A DNA stretch of 64,000 nt from Dehalococcoidia bacterium (GCA_963668465.1 OY764542.1:2368520-2432519), one strand, 5' to 3'. Shown: positions 8,171 to 18,551, numbered from the stretch's first letter. The notes: generated by a model not told the origin, from the letters alone. Made by a program: numbers and translations.

Positions 8171-9103
8171 CTACGACCCGGAGCGGTAGCCGCCGCCGGT
8201 GCCCCGCATGCGGGGGTCGAGCAGGTCGCGGAGTGCGTCGCCGAGCACGTTCCAGCCGAACACGGTCAGGCTCAGGAAGACGCCCGGCCAGATGGCGAGC
8301 CACGGTGCAATCTCCATGTATGTTCGCGACTCCGAGGCGAGCATCCGTCCCCAGGATGGGAACGGCGGCGGGACGCCGTAGCCGAGGAAGCTGAGCGATG
8401 CCTCGATGAGGATCACCTGTCCCAGGCGCAGGCTCGCCAGGATGATGATAGGCACCATCACGTTCGGCAGCACGTGCCGCACAAGGATGCGCAGAGTGGT
8501 CGCGCCGTTGACGCGCGCCGCCTCCACGAACGGCTGCTCCTTGAGCGCCAGCACGGCGCCGCGCAGCACGCGGCTCTCTCGTATCGCCACGAGACCCAGT
8601 ACGAGCGTCACGTTCAGTGTGCTCGGCCCCAGGATGGACATCACGAACAGGAGGAGCAGCAGTGGCGGCACGCTCATCCAGGCGTCCACCAGCCGCTGTA
8701 CCAGCGTGTCGAACTTGCCGCCCATGTAGCCACTCGTGATGCCGATGAGACCGGCAAGTATGCTGCCGAGCGTTACCGACCCGAGCGCTACCACGATGGA
8801 AACACGCGCTCCGTGCACGAGCCTGCTGAACAGGTCCCGCCCGATGAAGTCGGTCCCCAGGAAGTAGCTGAGGCTCGACCCCTGCAACGCGTCGGAGAAG
8901 TGCGGCTCGTCGTAAGGGTAGGGCGCTATCCAGTTGGCGAACACTGCCATGAGCAGCATGATCATGACGATGACTGCGCCGACCGCCCCCAGTGGCTTCT
9001 CGGTGAATAGCCTCGTCACCAGCCCGATGAAGCCGCCGCGTGCACGGCGTGGCAGCCTCGTCGCGGCGGGCGCTCCTTGTGCTCTTGTTCCTTCGACAGC
9101 CAT
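8171..9103 (-). CDS. ABC transporter permease, peptide/nickel (DppC/OppC-like) family
   Basis: Six-TM BPD_transp_1-type protein with EAARVNGATTLRILVRHVLPN, an EAA-like loop. Confidence 0.85.
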   Translation of the reverse strand: MAVEGTRAQGAPAATRLPRRARGGFIGLVTRLFTEKPLGAVGAVIVMIMLLMAVFANWIAPYPYDEPHFSDALQGSSLSYFLGTDFIGRDLFSRLVHGARVSIVVALGSVTLGSILAGLIGITSGYMGGKFDTLVQRLVDAWMSVPPLLLLLFVMSILGPSTLNVTLVLGLVAIRESRVLRGAVLALKEQPFVEAARVNGATTLRILVRHVLPNVMVPIIILASLRLGQVILIEASLSFLGYGVPPPFPSWGRMLASESRTYMEIAPWLAIWPGVFLSLTVFGWNVLGDALRDLLDPRMRGTGGGYRSGS

Positions 9104-9106
9104 GGC

Positions 9107-10084
9107 CTAGGCGTACTTTATCCGGGGGTCGAGAACGCCGTAGAGCAGGTCCACGACGAGGTTGATGAGAACGGTGGCGCCCGCGAAGGTGAGGATGATG
9201 GTCTGCGCGGGGACGTAGTCCCGGTTCTGGAGCGACTGCAGCATGTAGATGCCCATGCCGGGCAGATTGAATATCTGCTCGATGATGACCGTGCCGCCGA
9301 GCAGGAACGGGATCTGTAGACCGATGAGCGTCAGCACGGGGATAAGCGCGTTCCGCACTGCGTGGCGGTACCAGATGGTGCGAGGCTGAAGTCCCTTCGC
9401 CCACGCGGTTCGGATGTAGTCTTGCCGCACCACTTCCAGGAGCATGGCGCGGGTCATCCGGATCGTTCCGCCCATGAGCGGTATGCCGACGATAACGCCG
9501 GGCAGCGCCATCACGCTCAGGTTCTTGATGGGGTCCTCCGTGAACGGCACGTAGCTGAGCGGTGGCGCCCAGCCGAAGAACAGCGCCGGCAGCGTTACCA
9601 CGAGGGTGCCGATCCACAGGATCGGCACCGCCACGAGGCCGATGGAGACGGAGCGCAGTGCGTAGTCGACCCACGTGTCCTGCCGGACGGCCGTGATGAT
9701 GCCGATGGGGATGGACAGCACGATGCTCACAACCAGCGCGATGATGGAGAGTTCCAGCGTGACGGGATAGCGCCGGCCGAGCTCGTGCGTGACGGTGTTG
9801 CCTGTCCAGAGTGATTGTCCAAGGTCACCCACGAACAATCCTCCGAACCATTCACCGAACTGGACGTAGAACGGCTTGTGTAGTCCCAGCTCTCGGAGGA
9901 TGGCGTCACGGTCTGCAGCGTACCCGAAGTCGGAGAGCATCAGGTCAACGATGTCGCCGGGGATCAGGCGCAGCATGAAGAACGTGAGCACGCTCACGAC
10001 GAACATCGTGAGCGCGGCGAGCATCAGGCGGCGTATGACGAAGCGGTACACGGCGGTTCGGGCTCCAAACGTGCCCCTGGGCAC
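9107..10084 (-). CDS. ABC transporter permease, peptide/nickel (DppB/OppB-like) family
   Basis: N-terminal YRFVIRRLMLAALTMFVVSVLTFFMLRLIPGD and YIRTAWAKGL motif, typical of DppB/OppB. Confidence 0.85.
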   Translation of the reverse strand: MPRGTFGARTAVYRFVIRRLMLAALTMFVVSVLTFFMLRLIPGDIVDLMLSDFGYAADRDAILRELGLHKPFYVQFGEWFGGLFVGDLGQSLWTGNTVTHELGRRYPVTLELSIIALVVSIVLSIPIGIITAVRQDTWVDYALRSVSIGLVAVPILWIGTLVVTLPALFFGWAPPLSYVPFTEDPIKNLSVMALPGVIVGIPLMGGTIRMTRAMLLEVVRQDYIRTAWAKGLQPRTIWYRHAVRNALIPVLTLIGLQIPFLLGGTVIIEQIFNLPGMGIYMLQSLQNRDYVPAQTIILTFAGATVLINLVVDLLYGVLDPRIKYA

Positions 10085-10204
10085 GCTGGCGCGAGTCTAC
10101 GGCGCAGCGTAACCGGAATCAAATCCGGTAGGCTCTACGGACGCGATTCACTATCCTCAAGGGTTGAACCGCAGCAGTGGACCTCCCATGGGAGAGCAGG
10201 TAAC

Positions 10205-11170
10205 TTGGCAGAGCGGATGATTGAGGTTGAAGGACTCACGAAGTTCTACGGCGATTTCCTAGCCGTGAGCGGTGTCTCCTTCTCTGTGAACCAGGGCGAA
10301 ACGGTCGGCCTGCTCGGCACAAACGGCTCCGGCAAGACCACTACTATGCGCGTGCTCACCGGATACATGCCCCCGACATCCGGCACGGTCCGCATCGCCG
10401 GTCACGACCTGGCCGCCGATTCGTTGGAAGCGCGGCGGCACATCGGCTACCTGCCTGAGTCCGTGCCGCTTTACAGCGACATGACCGTCGCTGCATCACT
10501 GCGGTTCTTCGGACGCGTCCACTCGATGGACACCGCGAGCCTTGCTTCCTCGATCGACCGCGTCCTCGATACGTTCGACTTGGCCGACTACCGCGATACG
10601 CTCGTCGGCAAGTTGTCCAAGGGGTACCGCCAACGTCTCGGACTGGCCTTGGCGGTGCTCCATGAACCGGAGGTGCTCGTACTCGATGAACCGACCGTGA
10701 GCATCGACCCCGTGCAGGTCGTCGAAGCCCGCGACCTCATACGGCGCCTCGGCAAAGAACACACGGTGCTTCTGAGCACGCACCAACTCGGTGAAGCCTC
10801 CAGCCTCTGCGAACGGGTCGTCATCCTGCACGACGGGGTACTCGTTGCGGAAGGTCATCCGGATGAGATAGCGGACCGCCTCCAGGGAACGCAACGCGTC
10901 AGGGTGGAGGCGCGTGGCCCCGCCGAACAAACGAGGGCTGCTCTCACTGCCGTGCCGGGCGTCCGCTCCGTCGGAGCGGCCACACTCATCGACGAGGGGG
11001 TCTACACGTTCGAGGTCACTGCTCCGTTGCGGTCGGACGTACGAGAGCCCATCGCTCAGGCGATGAGCGCTGCGGACATCGGGCTCCGCAGCCTTGCCCG
11101 CTCCACAGTGGACCTGGAGGAGGTCTTTCTGCAGCTCACGCGACGTGAACGAGAGGACACCGATGCGTAA
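10205..11170 (+). CDS. ABC transporter ATP-binding protein (ABC-2 / GldA-like)
   Basis: Walker A GTNGSGKTT, signature LSKGYRQR, Walker B LVLDEPT. TTG start at 10205; an in-frame ATG at 10217 is an alternative. Confidence 0.85.
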   Translation: MAERMIEVEGLTKFYGDFLAVSGVSFSVNQGETVGLLGTNGSGKTTTMRVLTGYMPPTSGTVRIAGHDLAADSLEARRHIGYLPESVPLYSDMTVAASLRFFGRVHSMDTASLASSIDRVLDTFDLADYRDTLVGKLSKGYRQRLGLALAVLHEPEVLVLDEPTVSIDPVQVVEARDLIRRLGKEHTVLLSTHQLGEASSLCERVVILHDGVLVAEGHPDEIADRLQGTQRVRVEARGPAEQTRAALTAVPGVRSVGAATLIDEGVYTFEVTAPLRSDVREPIAQAMSAADIGLRSLARSTVDLEEVFLQLTRREREDTDA

Positions 11171-11876
11171 CGCTGTGCTCCTCGCCTGGAAGGAGACTCG
11201 CTCCTACTACGGTTCACCGATGGCATACGTCGTAAGCGCCGCATTCCTTGCGCTCACGGGACAGTTCTTCGTGTCCGGTGTCTCCGAACTACTCCCGGAA
11301 GCTTCGCTCCGCGACGTCTTCACGCCCATGACGTTCGCGCTCATCCTCTGGGCCCCCATCGCGAGCATGCGGCTTCTGGCGGAGGAGCAGAAGCTCGGCA
11401 CGCTGGAGCTCCTGCTCACCGCTCCGCTGCGCGACTGGGAGATCGTCGTTGGGAAGTTCTGCGCGCTGGTGGCGATGCTTCTGGGCATCATCGCTCCGAC
11501 GCTCGTGTACGTAGTGCTGCTCTACTGGTACGCCTCGCCGGACGGCGGACCGATGCTCACCGGCTATCTTGGCCTGCTTCTGTACGGTTCAGCTGCTGCG
11601 GCGCTGGGACTGTTCACCTCCTCGCTCACCGGTAACCAGATCGTCGCCGGTGTAACCGCCGCAGTGGCGCTGCTCTTTCTCACACTGGCGAGCGAGGCCT
11701 CTGGCCTCGTATCAGGCTTGCCGTCGGCACTCCTTGCTGGCGTTTCCCTGCCTTCCCACTACACGGCATTCGTCGCGGGTGTCATCGAGTTGCGAAACGT
11801 CGTTTACTTCATCACCTTCATCGCGCTCTTCCTCTTCCTGACCACGCTCAGCCTGGAGTCCCGGCGATGGCGGTAA
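11163..11876 (+). CDS. ABC-2 family transporter permease (GldF-like)
   Basis: MRNAVLLAWKETRSYYGSPMAYV... polytopic membrane protein. ATG at 11163 overlaps the ATPase stop by 8 nt. Confidence 0.75.
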   Translation: MRNAVLLAWKETRSYYGSPMAYVVSAAFLALTGQFFVSGVSELLPEASLRDVFTPMTFALILWAPIASMRLLAEEQKLGTLELLLTAPLRDWEIVVGKFCALVAMLLGIIAPTLVYVVLLYWYASPDGGPMLTGYLGLLLYGSAAAALGLFTSSLTGNQIVAGVTAAVALLFLTLASEASGLVSGLPSALLAGVSLPSHYTAFVAGVIELRNVVYFITFIALFLFLTTLSLESRRWR

Positions 11877-13531
11877 ATGAACGCCCACCGTCCGGTGGTG
11901 GGATTGCGGATCGGCTGCGAGGCTTGAGCCTGCTCCTTGCGGCGCTTGGGGGCATCGGCGCACTCGGGGGGCTGCTACTCGTCGTCTGGGCTCCCGAACT
12001 CCGCCCGTTCGCCCTACCGACGCTCATCGTTTCTGGCGTGCTACTGACGCTTGCTGCGGCCGGGTCGGCGGGTTATCTCATTGGTGCAGTCACTGGCCGA
12101 AGGGGCCGCCTTTCGTGGGTGAGCCTTGGCAGCGTCGCCGCCGCGCTTGCCATCGTGATCGTGCTGAATGTCATTGCTTCGGCGACTGACGCATCCTGGG
12201 ACCTCACCGCGACGCGTCAATTCGAGATAGCGCCGCAGACAGTGCAGGCACTGGCAGCGCTTCCTGCGGATGTGGACATAACCGGGTTCGTCATAACGAC
12301 GGATGAGGATGGCCTGCACTACCAGGGCACAGCGGAAGGCTACTTGCGGCAATTCGCAAAGCACGCCGGCGATAGGCTCTCTTACAGGTTCGTCGACCCG
12401 GAACTGGAACCTGCCACCGCACGGGAGTTCGGCGTGGTCGACGCTCCGCTGTTGCTCTTCACTGCGCCCTCCACGGGCCTCCGTGCCGCTGTGGGCGCTG
12501 GCGAACTATCGGAACAGCAGTTGCTCACTGCCATCCTCACGGTCACCGGCGCTCGGCAGCACGCCGTCTACTTTCTGACCGGGCACGGTGAACGAAGCAT
12601 CTCCGACCTCCGTTCGGGCAGGTCCGGGTTGGGGCTGGCCGCCGCCGGACTCCGTGCCGACGGCTACCGTGTCGAGTCGCTCACGATGACGGAGACCGGC
12701 AGCGTGCCGGACGGCGCCTCGCTGCTCGTGATCGCTGCGCCCCGCCAGCCGATCCCAGATGTTGAAGAACAGGCAATCATCCGCTGGATGGCGAACGGAG
12801 GGCGGGCGATTTTCATGTTCGATACTTCCTCGGAGACGCGGGACGCGATGGGCGGCCTCCTCGCGGCATGGGGGCTCGAAACGGTGCCGGGCACCCTTGT
12901 TGACCACGAGCGCTCCGCTCCTGGAGACCCACGGACATTCCTCGTGCAGCGCGACCAATACCTGGGGCAGACTTCGGTTACCGAGGGAGGCGTGATCGTA
13001 GAACCGCTAGGCACGACGCTCTTCCCGGGAGCGGTCGCGTTCCGCCCGGTGGAGCAGATTGCGTCGCGCATCGAGCGAGGCGAACCTGTGCCGGTGCGGT
13101 TCGAGCCGCTGGCAACCACATCCGGTGACTCCTGGACTGTGGAAGGTATGGGAGGAGACCCAGTCGCTGGCAGGGATGTGCCCGGCCCTCATACCGCGCA
13201 TCTCATCGTGCAGGCATCCGCCCTTGCCACTGAGGCTCCGACTGAGGCGTTCGACGCCGCATCTATCCGTACGACGCTAGCCGTCCTAGGCGATGCCGAC
13301 TTCGCCAGCAACCGCCACTTCGGCGATGTGAGCAACGCGGACTTCTTCCTGAATACCGTGAATTGGCTGCTGGAGGACAGCGCCCTCATCGCCGTGCGTC
13401 CGAAGCAAGAGGTCTTCCGCCCTCTCGTCCTTACGGTGCCGGAGTACAACTTTGTGCGCTACGTCAGCTGGTTCCTGCTGCCTGCGCTGATCGCCGCCGC
13501 AGGTGTCGTCGTGTGGTGGCGGCGGCGGTAG
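11867..13531 (+). CDS. GldG-like ABC-transport auxiliary component
   Basis: N- and C-terminal TM anchors around a large extracytoplasmic domain. The start overlaps the permease stop. Gene order ATPase-permease-GldG-DUF4340 is the usual arrangement for this family. Confidence 0.65.
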   Translation: MAVNERPPSGGGIADRLRGLSLLLAALGGIGALGGLLLVVWAPELRPFALPTLIVSGVLLTLAAAGSAGYLIGAVTGRRGRLSWVSLGSVAAALAIVIVLNVIASATDASWDLTATRQFEIAPQTVQALAALPADVDITGFVITTDEDGLHYQGTAEGYLRQFAKHAGDRLSYRFVDPELEPATAREFGVVDAPLLLFTAPSTGLRAAVGAGELSEQQLLTAILTVTGARQHAVYFLTGHGERSISDLRSGRSGLGLAAAGLRADGYRVESLTMTETGSVPDGASLLVIAAPRQPIPDVEEQAIIRWMANGGRAIFMFDTSSETRDAMGGLLAAWGLETVPGTLVDHERSAPGDPRTFLVQRDQYLGQTSVTEGGVIVEPLGTTLFPGAVAFRPVEQIASRIERGEPVPVRFEPLATTSGDSWTVEGMGGDPVAGRDVPGPHTAHLIVQASALATEAPTEAFDAASIRTTLAVLGDADFASNRHFGDVSNADFFLNTVNWLLEDSALIAVRPKQEVFRPLVLTVPEYNFVRYVSWFLLPALIAAAGVVVWWRRR

Positions 13532-13548
13532 ACGAGGGCCCACCCAGA

Positions 13549-14532
13549 ATGAGAAACGCGGTTGTCAGGTTCGTACTGTTGCTGCTCCTTGTGTTTGTGG
13601 CCGTTGCGGCGTGGGTATTCGTGTCGGATGGCGACGACAAACCGGAAGCAACGCAGCCCCATGCCCGCCTCTACACGGTAGCTCAGGATGACATCGTGAA
13701 CGTCACGGTGCAGACAGAGACTGGCACGGCCTTGTTCGAGCGGCGAGAAGATGGCTGGTATTTCACCGAGCCCCCGGTGCCCGTGAACCTGGACCGGTGG
13801 GGTGGGGTCGTGTTGCTGCTCTCGGGCCCGGAAGCGGAGCGCCAGCTGGCTGCGCCGATGACCCTGTCGGAGTTCGGACTGGACGTGCCGGATGTTGTCA
13901 GCATCGGACTTGACGATGGTGGTGGCGTTGAGGTTCGGCTGGGTGCCGAAACCCCGGACGGACGTAACGTCTATGCGCAACTTGATGGCAAGTCCCAAGT
14001 GGCGCTCGTCAACGAACCCTGGGCTCGGGTGTTGCGCCGCCTTGCCGACGAGCCGCCGCTGCCGTACTGGTACTACCGCGTCGACCCATCGCTTGTGCGG
14101 ATCTTCGAGATTGAGAGCGCGGACGGGATCGTTACGTTCCTCCTTGGTCTGCCGAGCGCCGATGGCGAGTCGCCCGATCGCGTAGTGCGAGGAGATGTCG
14201 CGTCGGACCTGACCGAGGAAGAGCGCGACGCGGTGCTGGGCGTTGCAGGCGGACCTCCCGGGTTCGATATCGAAGCCTGGCCGAATGGGCTGACCCTGGG
14301 GAGCGCAGGTCTGCAGCCGCCCCGCGCCGTCGTTCGGGTCACCTATGAGTTGACGGTTCCGCTGGAGGACAAGAGCGCCGTGAGCATGGTGTATGCGGTC
14401 GGGGCGCAAACGGCGGATGGTGAGGGTTACTACGCGGCGACGCCGGATTCGCCGCTACTCTTCACGTTCGATGCAGCCTGGGTGAAAGATGTGCTGTCCC
14501 TGGTTGGACGAGCGTACGTTGGGGAAGGTTGA
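13549..14532 (+). CDS. DUF4340-like membrane-anchored protein (fourth gene of the GldAFG-like module)
   Basis: Signal anchor MRNAVVRFVLLLLLVFVAVAAWVF followed by a repetitive beta-rich ectodomain. Assignment rests on position and architecture only. Confidence 0.5.
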   Translation: MRNAVVRFVLLLLLVFVAVAAWVFVSDGDDKPEATQPHARLYTVAQDDIVNVTVQTETGTALFERREDGWYFTEPPVPVNLDRWGGVVLLLSGPEAERQLAAPMTLSEFGLDVPDVVSIGLDDGGGVEVRLGAETPDGRNVYAQLDGKSQVALVNEPWARVLRRLADEPPLPYWYYRVDPSLVRIFEIESADGIVTFLLGLPSADGESPDRVVRGDVASDLTEEERDAVLGVAGGPPGFDIEAWPNGLTLGSAGLQPPRAVVRVTYELTVPLEDKSAVSMVYAVGAQTADGEGYYAATPDSPLLFTFDAAWVKDVLSLVGRAYVGEG

Positions 14533-14568
14533 GGCGCGTCCTTGCGTGGAGAAGGACGGGAGACAACG

Positions 14569-14596
14569 ATAGGCGGGTCAGTCGTGACCCGCCTAT
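14569..14596. terminator. Bidirectional hairpin between convergent genes
   Basis: Perfect 12-bp stem ATAGGCGGGTCA-gtcg-TGACCCGCCTAT between the + gene ending at 14532 and the - gene ending at 14623. Confidence 0.6.
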
Positions 14597-14622
14597 GCTT
14601 GTTCCTCGATTGCAGCCGGGAA

Positions 14623-14859
14623 TTAGGGTTCGCTGCGGTCTTTGTTGATCTCGATGAAGCGGGTCTGGTCAGCCGGAAGCGCGTCTTCGGCGAAGATTGC
14701 GGCGACGGGACAGACCGGTTCGCACGCAGCGCAGTCAATGCACTCATCGGGGTCGATGTAGAACATGCGATCGCCCTCGTAGATGCAGTCCACGGGGCAG
14801 ACGTCAACGCAAGAGGCGTCCTTCAAGTCGACGCAGGGTTCGCTGATTATGTAGGCCAT
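14623..14859 (-). CDS. Ferredoxin (7Fe / 2x[4Fe-4S]-type)
   Basis: MAYIISEPCVDLKDASCVDVCPVDCIYEG...CIDCAACEPVCPVAAI cysteine clusters. RBS GGGAGGG. Confidence 0.9.
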   Translation of the reverse strand: MAYIISEPCVDLKDASCVDVCPVDCIYEGDRMFYIDPDECIDCAACEPVCPVAAIFAEDALPADQTRFIEINKDRSEP

Positions 14860-14962
14860 CTTGGAAGTGTCCCTCCCTTTATGCTAGGGCCGTCCGGGCC
14901 CCCTTCCTCCCAGGAAGATGGCTGCATTCTAGCAGACGCCTCGCTGGGGTGGGAACAGGTTA

Positions 14963-15424
14963 TCACCCCTCGTCCTGGGGGATGAAATCTCCTACGTTCT
15001 TCTTGATCGAGAGGTTGATGAATGTCTCAGTCTGCCGGACGCCCGCAATCTCGCCAACGCGGTTCCTGAGGAAATCAGAGAGTTCGATCGGGGAGCCGAG
15101 GCTCACACGGCAGAAGACGTCGAACGCGCCAGTCGTGACTGCCGCGTAGTGCACTTCTTCCATCTTCGCCAACTCGTCCGCCGCCGACTGCACGTGGGCG
15201 GGGTCTACCTTCAGGCCGACGAGTGCGGACATGCGCCGCCCGAGCTTGGAGGTGTCAGGAATGGCGACCACCCGAATCACCTCTTCCTGGACGAGGTTTC
15301 GGAAGCGCCGCCGGATCGTTCCTTCGCTCACGCCGGTCTTCCGCGCCAGTTCGATGTTGGAGGCGCGTCCATCGCGCTGCAGCAGCTCTATGAGCTTCGT
15401 GTCGAGCTCGTCAAGGGGAGCCAT
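14963..15424 (-). CDS. Lrp/AsnC family transcriptional regulator
   Basis: LDELDTKLIELLQRDGRASNIELARKTGVSEGTIRRRFRNL HTH followed by an AsnC-type effector domain. Start set at the internal ATG (MAPLDEL). Confidence 0.85.
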   Translation of the reverse strand: MAPLDELDTKLIELLQRDGRASNIELARKTGVSEGTIRRRFRNLVQEEVIRVVAIPDTSKLGRRMSALVGLKVDPAHVQSAADELAKMEEVHYAAVTTGAFDVFCRVSLGSPIELSDFLRNRVGEIAGVRQTETFINLSIKKNVGDFIPQDEG

Positions 15425-15533
15425 GGCTACCTCCTCGTGAAAATTCGCACAATAGAGTAATGGTACGGCCTGCACATCTGCGCTGGCAAGGTGTGGAGGC
15501 ATCTCCGCTACGAATCTGCTTCAGGTGTGCGAC

Positions 15534-15716
15534 TTATAGGAACTGGGGTGGATTGTCTGCGAATGCGGTGCGGCAGCCGGGAGCGCAGAAATAGTACGTC
15601 TCCCCTTCGTGCTCGGCGGTCCCGCCGGGAGGGTCCGCTTTCGGCACAATCATCTTGCAGACGGGGTCTATGGCCGTATCGCCTGGTTTCCCGAAGATCA
15701 CGTCAAGCCGGTTCAT
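15534..15716 (-). CDS. YHS/TRASH-domain metal-binding protein
   Basis: DPVCKMIV...GETYYFCAPGCRTAFADNP, the YHS pattern. Start set at MNRLDV so it does not overlap the copA 3' end. Confidence 0.7.
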   Translation of the reverse strand: MNRLDVIFGKPGDTAIDPVCKMIVPKADPPGGTAEHEGETYYFCAPGCRTAFADNPPQFL

Positions 15717-15766
15717 GCGCCTCTTCTCCCTCCGCACGTGCCCAAGGCTGGGCGGCTCCATCGATT

Positions 15767-18268
15767 CTACGGCATCCATCTCTTCAGGCGCAGGCTGTTA
15801 GTCACGACGGACACGGAGCTGAACGCCATCGCGAACGCGGCGAGCATGGGGTTCAGGAAACCGTGCTCGCCGAGCGCCCAGCGCCACGCTTCCGGCACGC
15901 CCCCGTTTCCGAATACGAGGTGGAGGACGCCAGCAGCCACCGGAATGAGCAGAAGGTTGTAACCGAAGGCCCATCCGAGGTTCTGCCTGATGGTGCGCAT
16001 CGTGGAACGGGAGAGGTGCACGGCAGCGCCGGTGAGCCGGACGTCTGACGTCATGAGCGCAACGTCGGCTGCTTCCAGCGCTGCGTCGGTACCGGAACCG
16101 ATGGCGATGCCCACGTCTGCCTGGGTCAGTGCTGGCGCATCATTCACGCCGTCCCCCACCATCCCCACGCGCTTGCCCTCTCTCTGCAGGCGCTCGATCT
16201 CGGCAGCCTTGGCGCCCGGGAGCACTTCGGCCATAACGCGCTGGATGCCGAGCTGGGCCGCGATGCCTTCAGCAACGGGCCGGACATCGCCGGAGAGTAT
16301 CGCCACTTCCAGGCCCATCGCTCTCAGGGCCGCGACGGCTTCAGCCGATTCGTCTCGCACGATGTCGGCGACGCCCAGGATGCCGATGACGAGATCGTTC
16401 CGCAGCACGACGAGGGGCGTTCTGCCACGCTCCGCGAGTACACGTACTGCCGACTCCGCCGTTCCGCCAAGAGCGATGTCTGCACTCCGGACCAGCCCGA
16501 GACCGCCGACGGTGATGGCGTCCACGTCCACGGTTGCGCGCACACCGAGTCCGGGCGCCGACTGGAAGTCCGATGCCCGAGGGAGATTGAGCCCTCGGTC
16601 TCTCGCTGCTCGTACGACCGCAGCTGCGATGGGATGCTCACTCTGCTGTTCCACGGCAGCAGCCAAAGAGAGCAGTTCATTCTCAGAGATGCCTCGCGGG
16701 AGCACGTCTGTGACCTGGGGCTCCCCCTTCGTCAGGGTTCCCGTCTTGTCAAAGACGACGACATCCAGCTTATGCGCCTGCTCCAGGGCCTCGGCCCCGC
16801 GTATGAGTACACCGTGCCGCGCGCCCGAGCCTGCTCCGACCATGATGGCGGTCGGTGTGGCAAGTCCGAGCGCGCAGGGGCACGCGATGATGAGCACAGC
16901 GATGGCGTTGAGCATCGCCGTGTCCAACGCGGGCTGCGGGCCGAACTGCCACCACGCCAGGAAGGTGAGTGCGGCGATGGTGAGCACACCCGGGACGAAA
17001 TAAGCCGCTACGGTGTCGGCGAGCCGCTGCACGGGCGCCCGGGATCCCTGCGCCTCCTGCACCATCCTGATTATCTGCGCAATGGCCGTCGCACTTCCGA
17101 CCTTGGTCGCCTCGATGGTGATGCCCCCGGATGTGTTCACGGAGCCTCCGAAGACGACGTCGCCTGTCTGCTTCTCGACAGGGATGCTCTCGCCGGTGAG
17201 CATGGACTCGTCGACCGCGGTCGTTCCGGCAGTTACCAGGCCGTCCACCGGGATGCGTTCTCCGGGGCGGATGGTCACGCTGTCGCCGGGGACGACGTCG
17301 CTTGCGGGGACGTCATGTTCCTCGCCGTTCCGCGTGACACGGGCGGTTTGGGGCTGCATGCCGATGAGCGTTCGGATGGCGTCCGACGCGCTGCCCTTCG
17401 CCCTTGCTTCCAGCAGTCTGCCGAACAGGACGAGGGCGATGATGGCGGTGGACGTGTCGAAGTATGTCGCGCCGTTCCCGATTGTGCTGCCCGAAAGGGT
17501 CACAGCAGCGCTGTAGAAGTAGGCCGTCGAAGAGCCGAGCGCGATGAGCGTGTTCATGTTGGAGGTGCGATGCCGAAGGGCGCTCCACGCGCTGGCGTAG
17601 ATCTGCCGTGCGGCCCTGAACTGCACTGGCGTTGCGATCACCAGTACGACGGCGTTGAGCCACGCCATCCCCAGCGTTCGCTCAATCGCCGGGATGAGCA
17701 TGAGCAGCATGATTGCCGCCGCGACGGCGATGCTGAATGCTGCGCGGTTCCTGAGGTTGCGTATCTCCACCCGGCGTGACAGCCGCTCTAACTCTGCATC
17801 CATAGCGTCTGCGCCGGTCACGTAGGCGCCGCTGAATCCTGCGGCTGCTGCGGCATCCCGCAGCATGGAGGGGGAGACCGTCCCGGGGACTATGGTGAGC
17901 GTGATCTGCTCGGCGGTGAGATTCGGCGCCGTGCGGAGCACACCGTCGATGCTCTCAAGCTGCGCTTCGAGCGTCTTGGCCGAGTCTGCGTCAGCCAGGC
18001 CGGGGACTGTGAGCACCGGGCTCTCCTCCGCCATCCCGTAACCCACGGACCGCACGGCGTCCCGCATCGCCACGATGCGCTGCTCCGCAGGGGCGAACGT
18101 CACCGCCGCCGTCTCTGATGCGAGGTTCACTACGACGCCCGATACCCCGTCGACGCGGGCGATGGCATTCGTCACCGTGCTCACGCACGCGGCGCATGTC
18201 ATACCCTCGATGGGCAGGACGACGCTTCGTTCGTGGTGCTGCTGGTGCTGCCCGGTTGCTGTGGACAT
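15767..18268 (-). CDS. copA: Copper-translocating P1B-type ATPase
   Basis: N-terminal HMA domain GMTCAACV plus a second HMA-like domain lacking CxxC. Also CPC ([11 protein letters not shown]), [17 protein letters not shown] and the SEHP motif. Confidence 0.92.
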   Translation of the reverse strand: MSTATGQHQQHHERSVVLPIEGMTCAACVSTVTNAIARVDGVSGVVVNLASETAAVTFAPAEQRIVAMRDAVRSVGYGMAEESPVLTVPGLADADSAKTLEAQLESIDGVLRTAPNLTAEQITLTIVPGTVSPSMLRDAAAAAGFSGAYVTGADAMDAELERLSRRVEIRNLRNRAAFSIAVAAAIMLLMLIPAIERTLGMAWLNAVVLVIATPVQFRAARQIYASAWSALRHRTSNMNTLIALGSSTAYFYSAAVTLSGSTIGNGATYFDTSTAIIALVLFGRLLEARAKGSASDAIRTLIGMQPQTARVTRNGEEHDVPASDVVPGDSVTIRPGERIPVDGLVTAGTTAVDESMLTGESIPVEKQTGDVVFGGSVNTSGGITIEATKVGSATAIAQIIRMVQEAQGSRAPVQRLADTVAAYFVPGVLTIAALTFLAWWQFGPQPALDTAMLNAIAVLIIACPCALGLATPTAIMVGAGSGARHGVLIRGAEALEQAHKLDVVVFDKTGTLTKGEPQVTDVLPRGISENELLSLAAAVEQQSEHPIAAAVVRAARDRGLNLPRASDFQSAPGLGVRATVDVDAITVGGLGLVRSADIALGGTAESAVRVLAERGRTPLVVLRNDLVIGILGVADIVRDESAEAVAALRAMGLEVAILSGDVRPVAEGIAAQLGIQRVMAEVLPGAKAAEIERLQREGKRVGMVGDGVNDAPALTQADVGIAIGSGTDAALEAADVALMTSDVRLTGAAVHLSRSTMRTIRQNLGWAFGYNLLLIPVAAGVLHLVFGNGGVPEAWRWALGEHGFLNPMLAAFAMAFSSVSVVTNSLRLKRWMP

Positions 18269-18347
18269 GGTTGGACGGATGCCTGGGGGAGGTTAATGGC
18301 CGATGCGGAGATAGTACCACCGGTGCGCCAGCCCTATACTTGGTCGG

Positions 18348-18551
18348 ATGAATGGCATGATGGCGATTGGGATCATCGTGATAGTCGGACTGGGGGTGCT
18401 GGCGGCCTTCGTGGTGCTGCTTGCGCTCCTCACGCCCCTGCCGTGGTGGGGAGCGCTGATCCTGCTCCCCGTGCTCGATGCGGCGCTCATCCTCTGGGCG
18501 CGCCGCAGGCTGAAGCGCCCGGCGCGTGCCCCAGGTAAGGCTGAGGCCTAG
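18348..18551 (+). CDS. Small two-TM membrane protein, unknown function
   Basis: 67 aa, hydrophobic with a basic tail (RRRLKRPARAPGK), GC3-rich codons. Divergent from copA. Weak RBS. Confidence 0.4.
   Translation: MNGMMAIGIIVIVGLGVLAAFVVLLALLTPLPWWGALILLPVLDAALILWARRRLKRPARAPGKAEA

Noticed and set aside
18269-18347. CsoR/CueR-type operator upstream of copA
   Set aside because: Only weak dyad symmetry is present (AGTACCACC...CCCTATACT), with no convincing match to known copper-sensor boxes.
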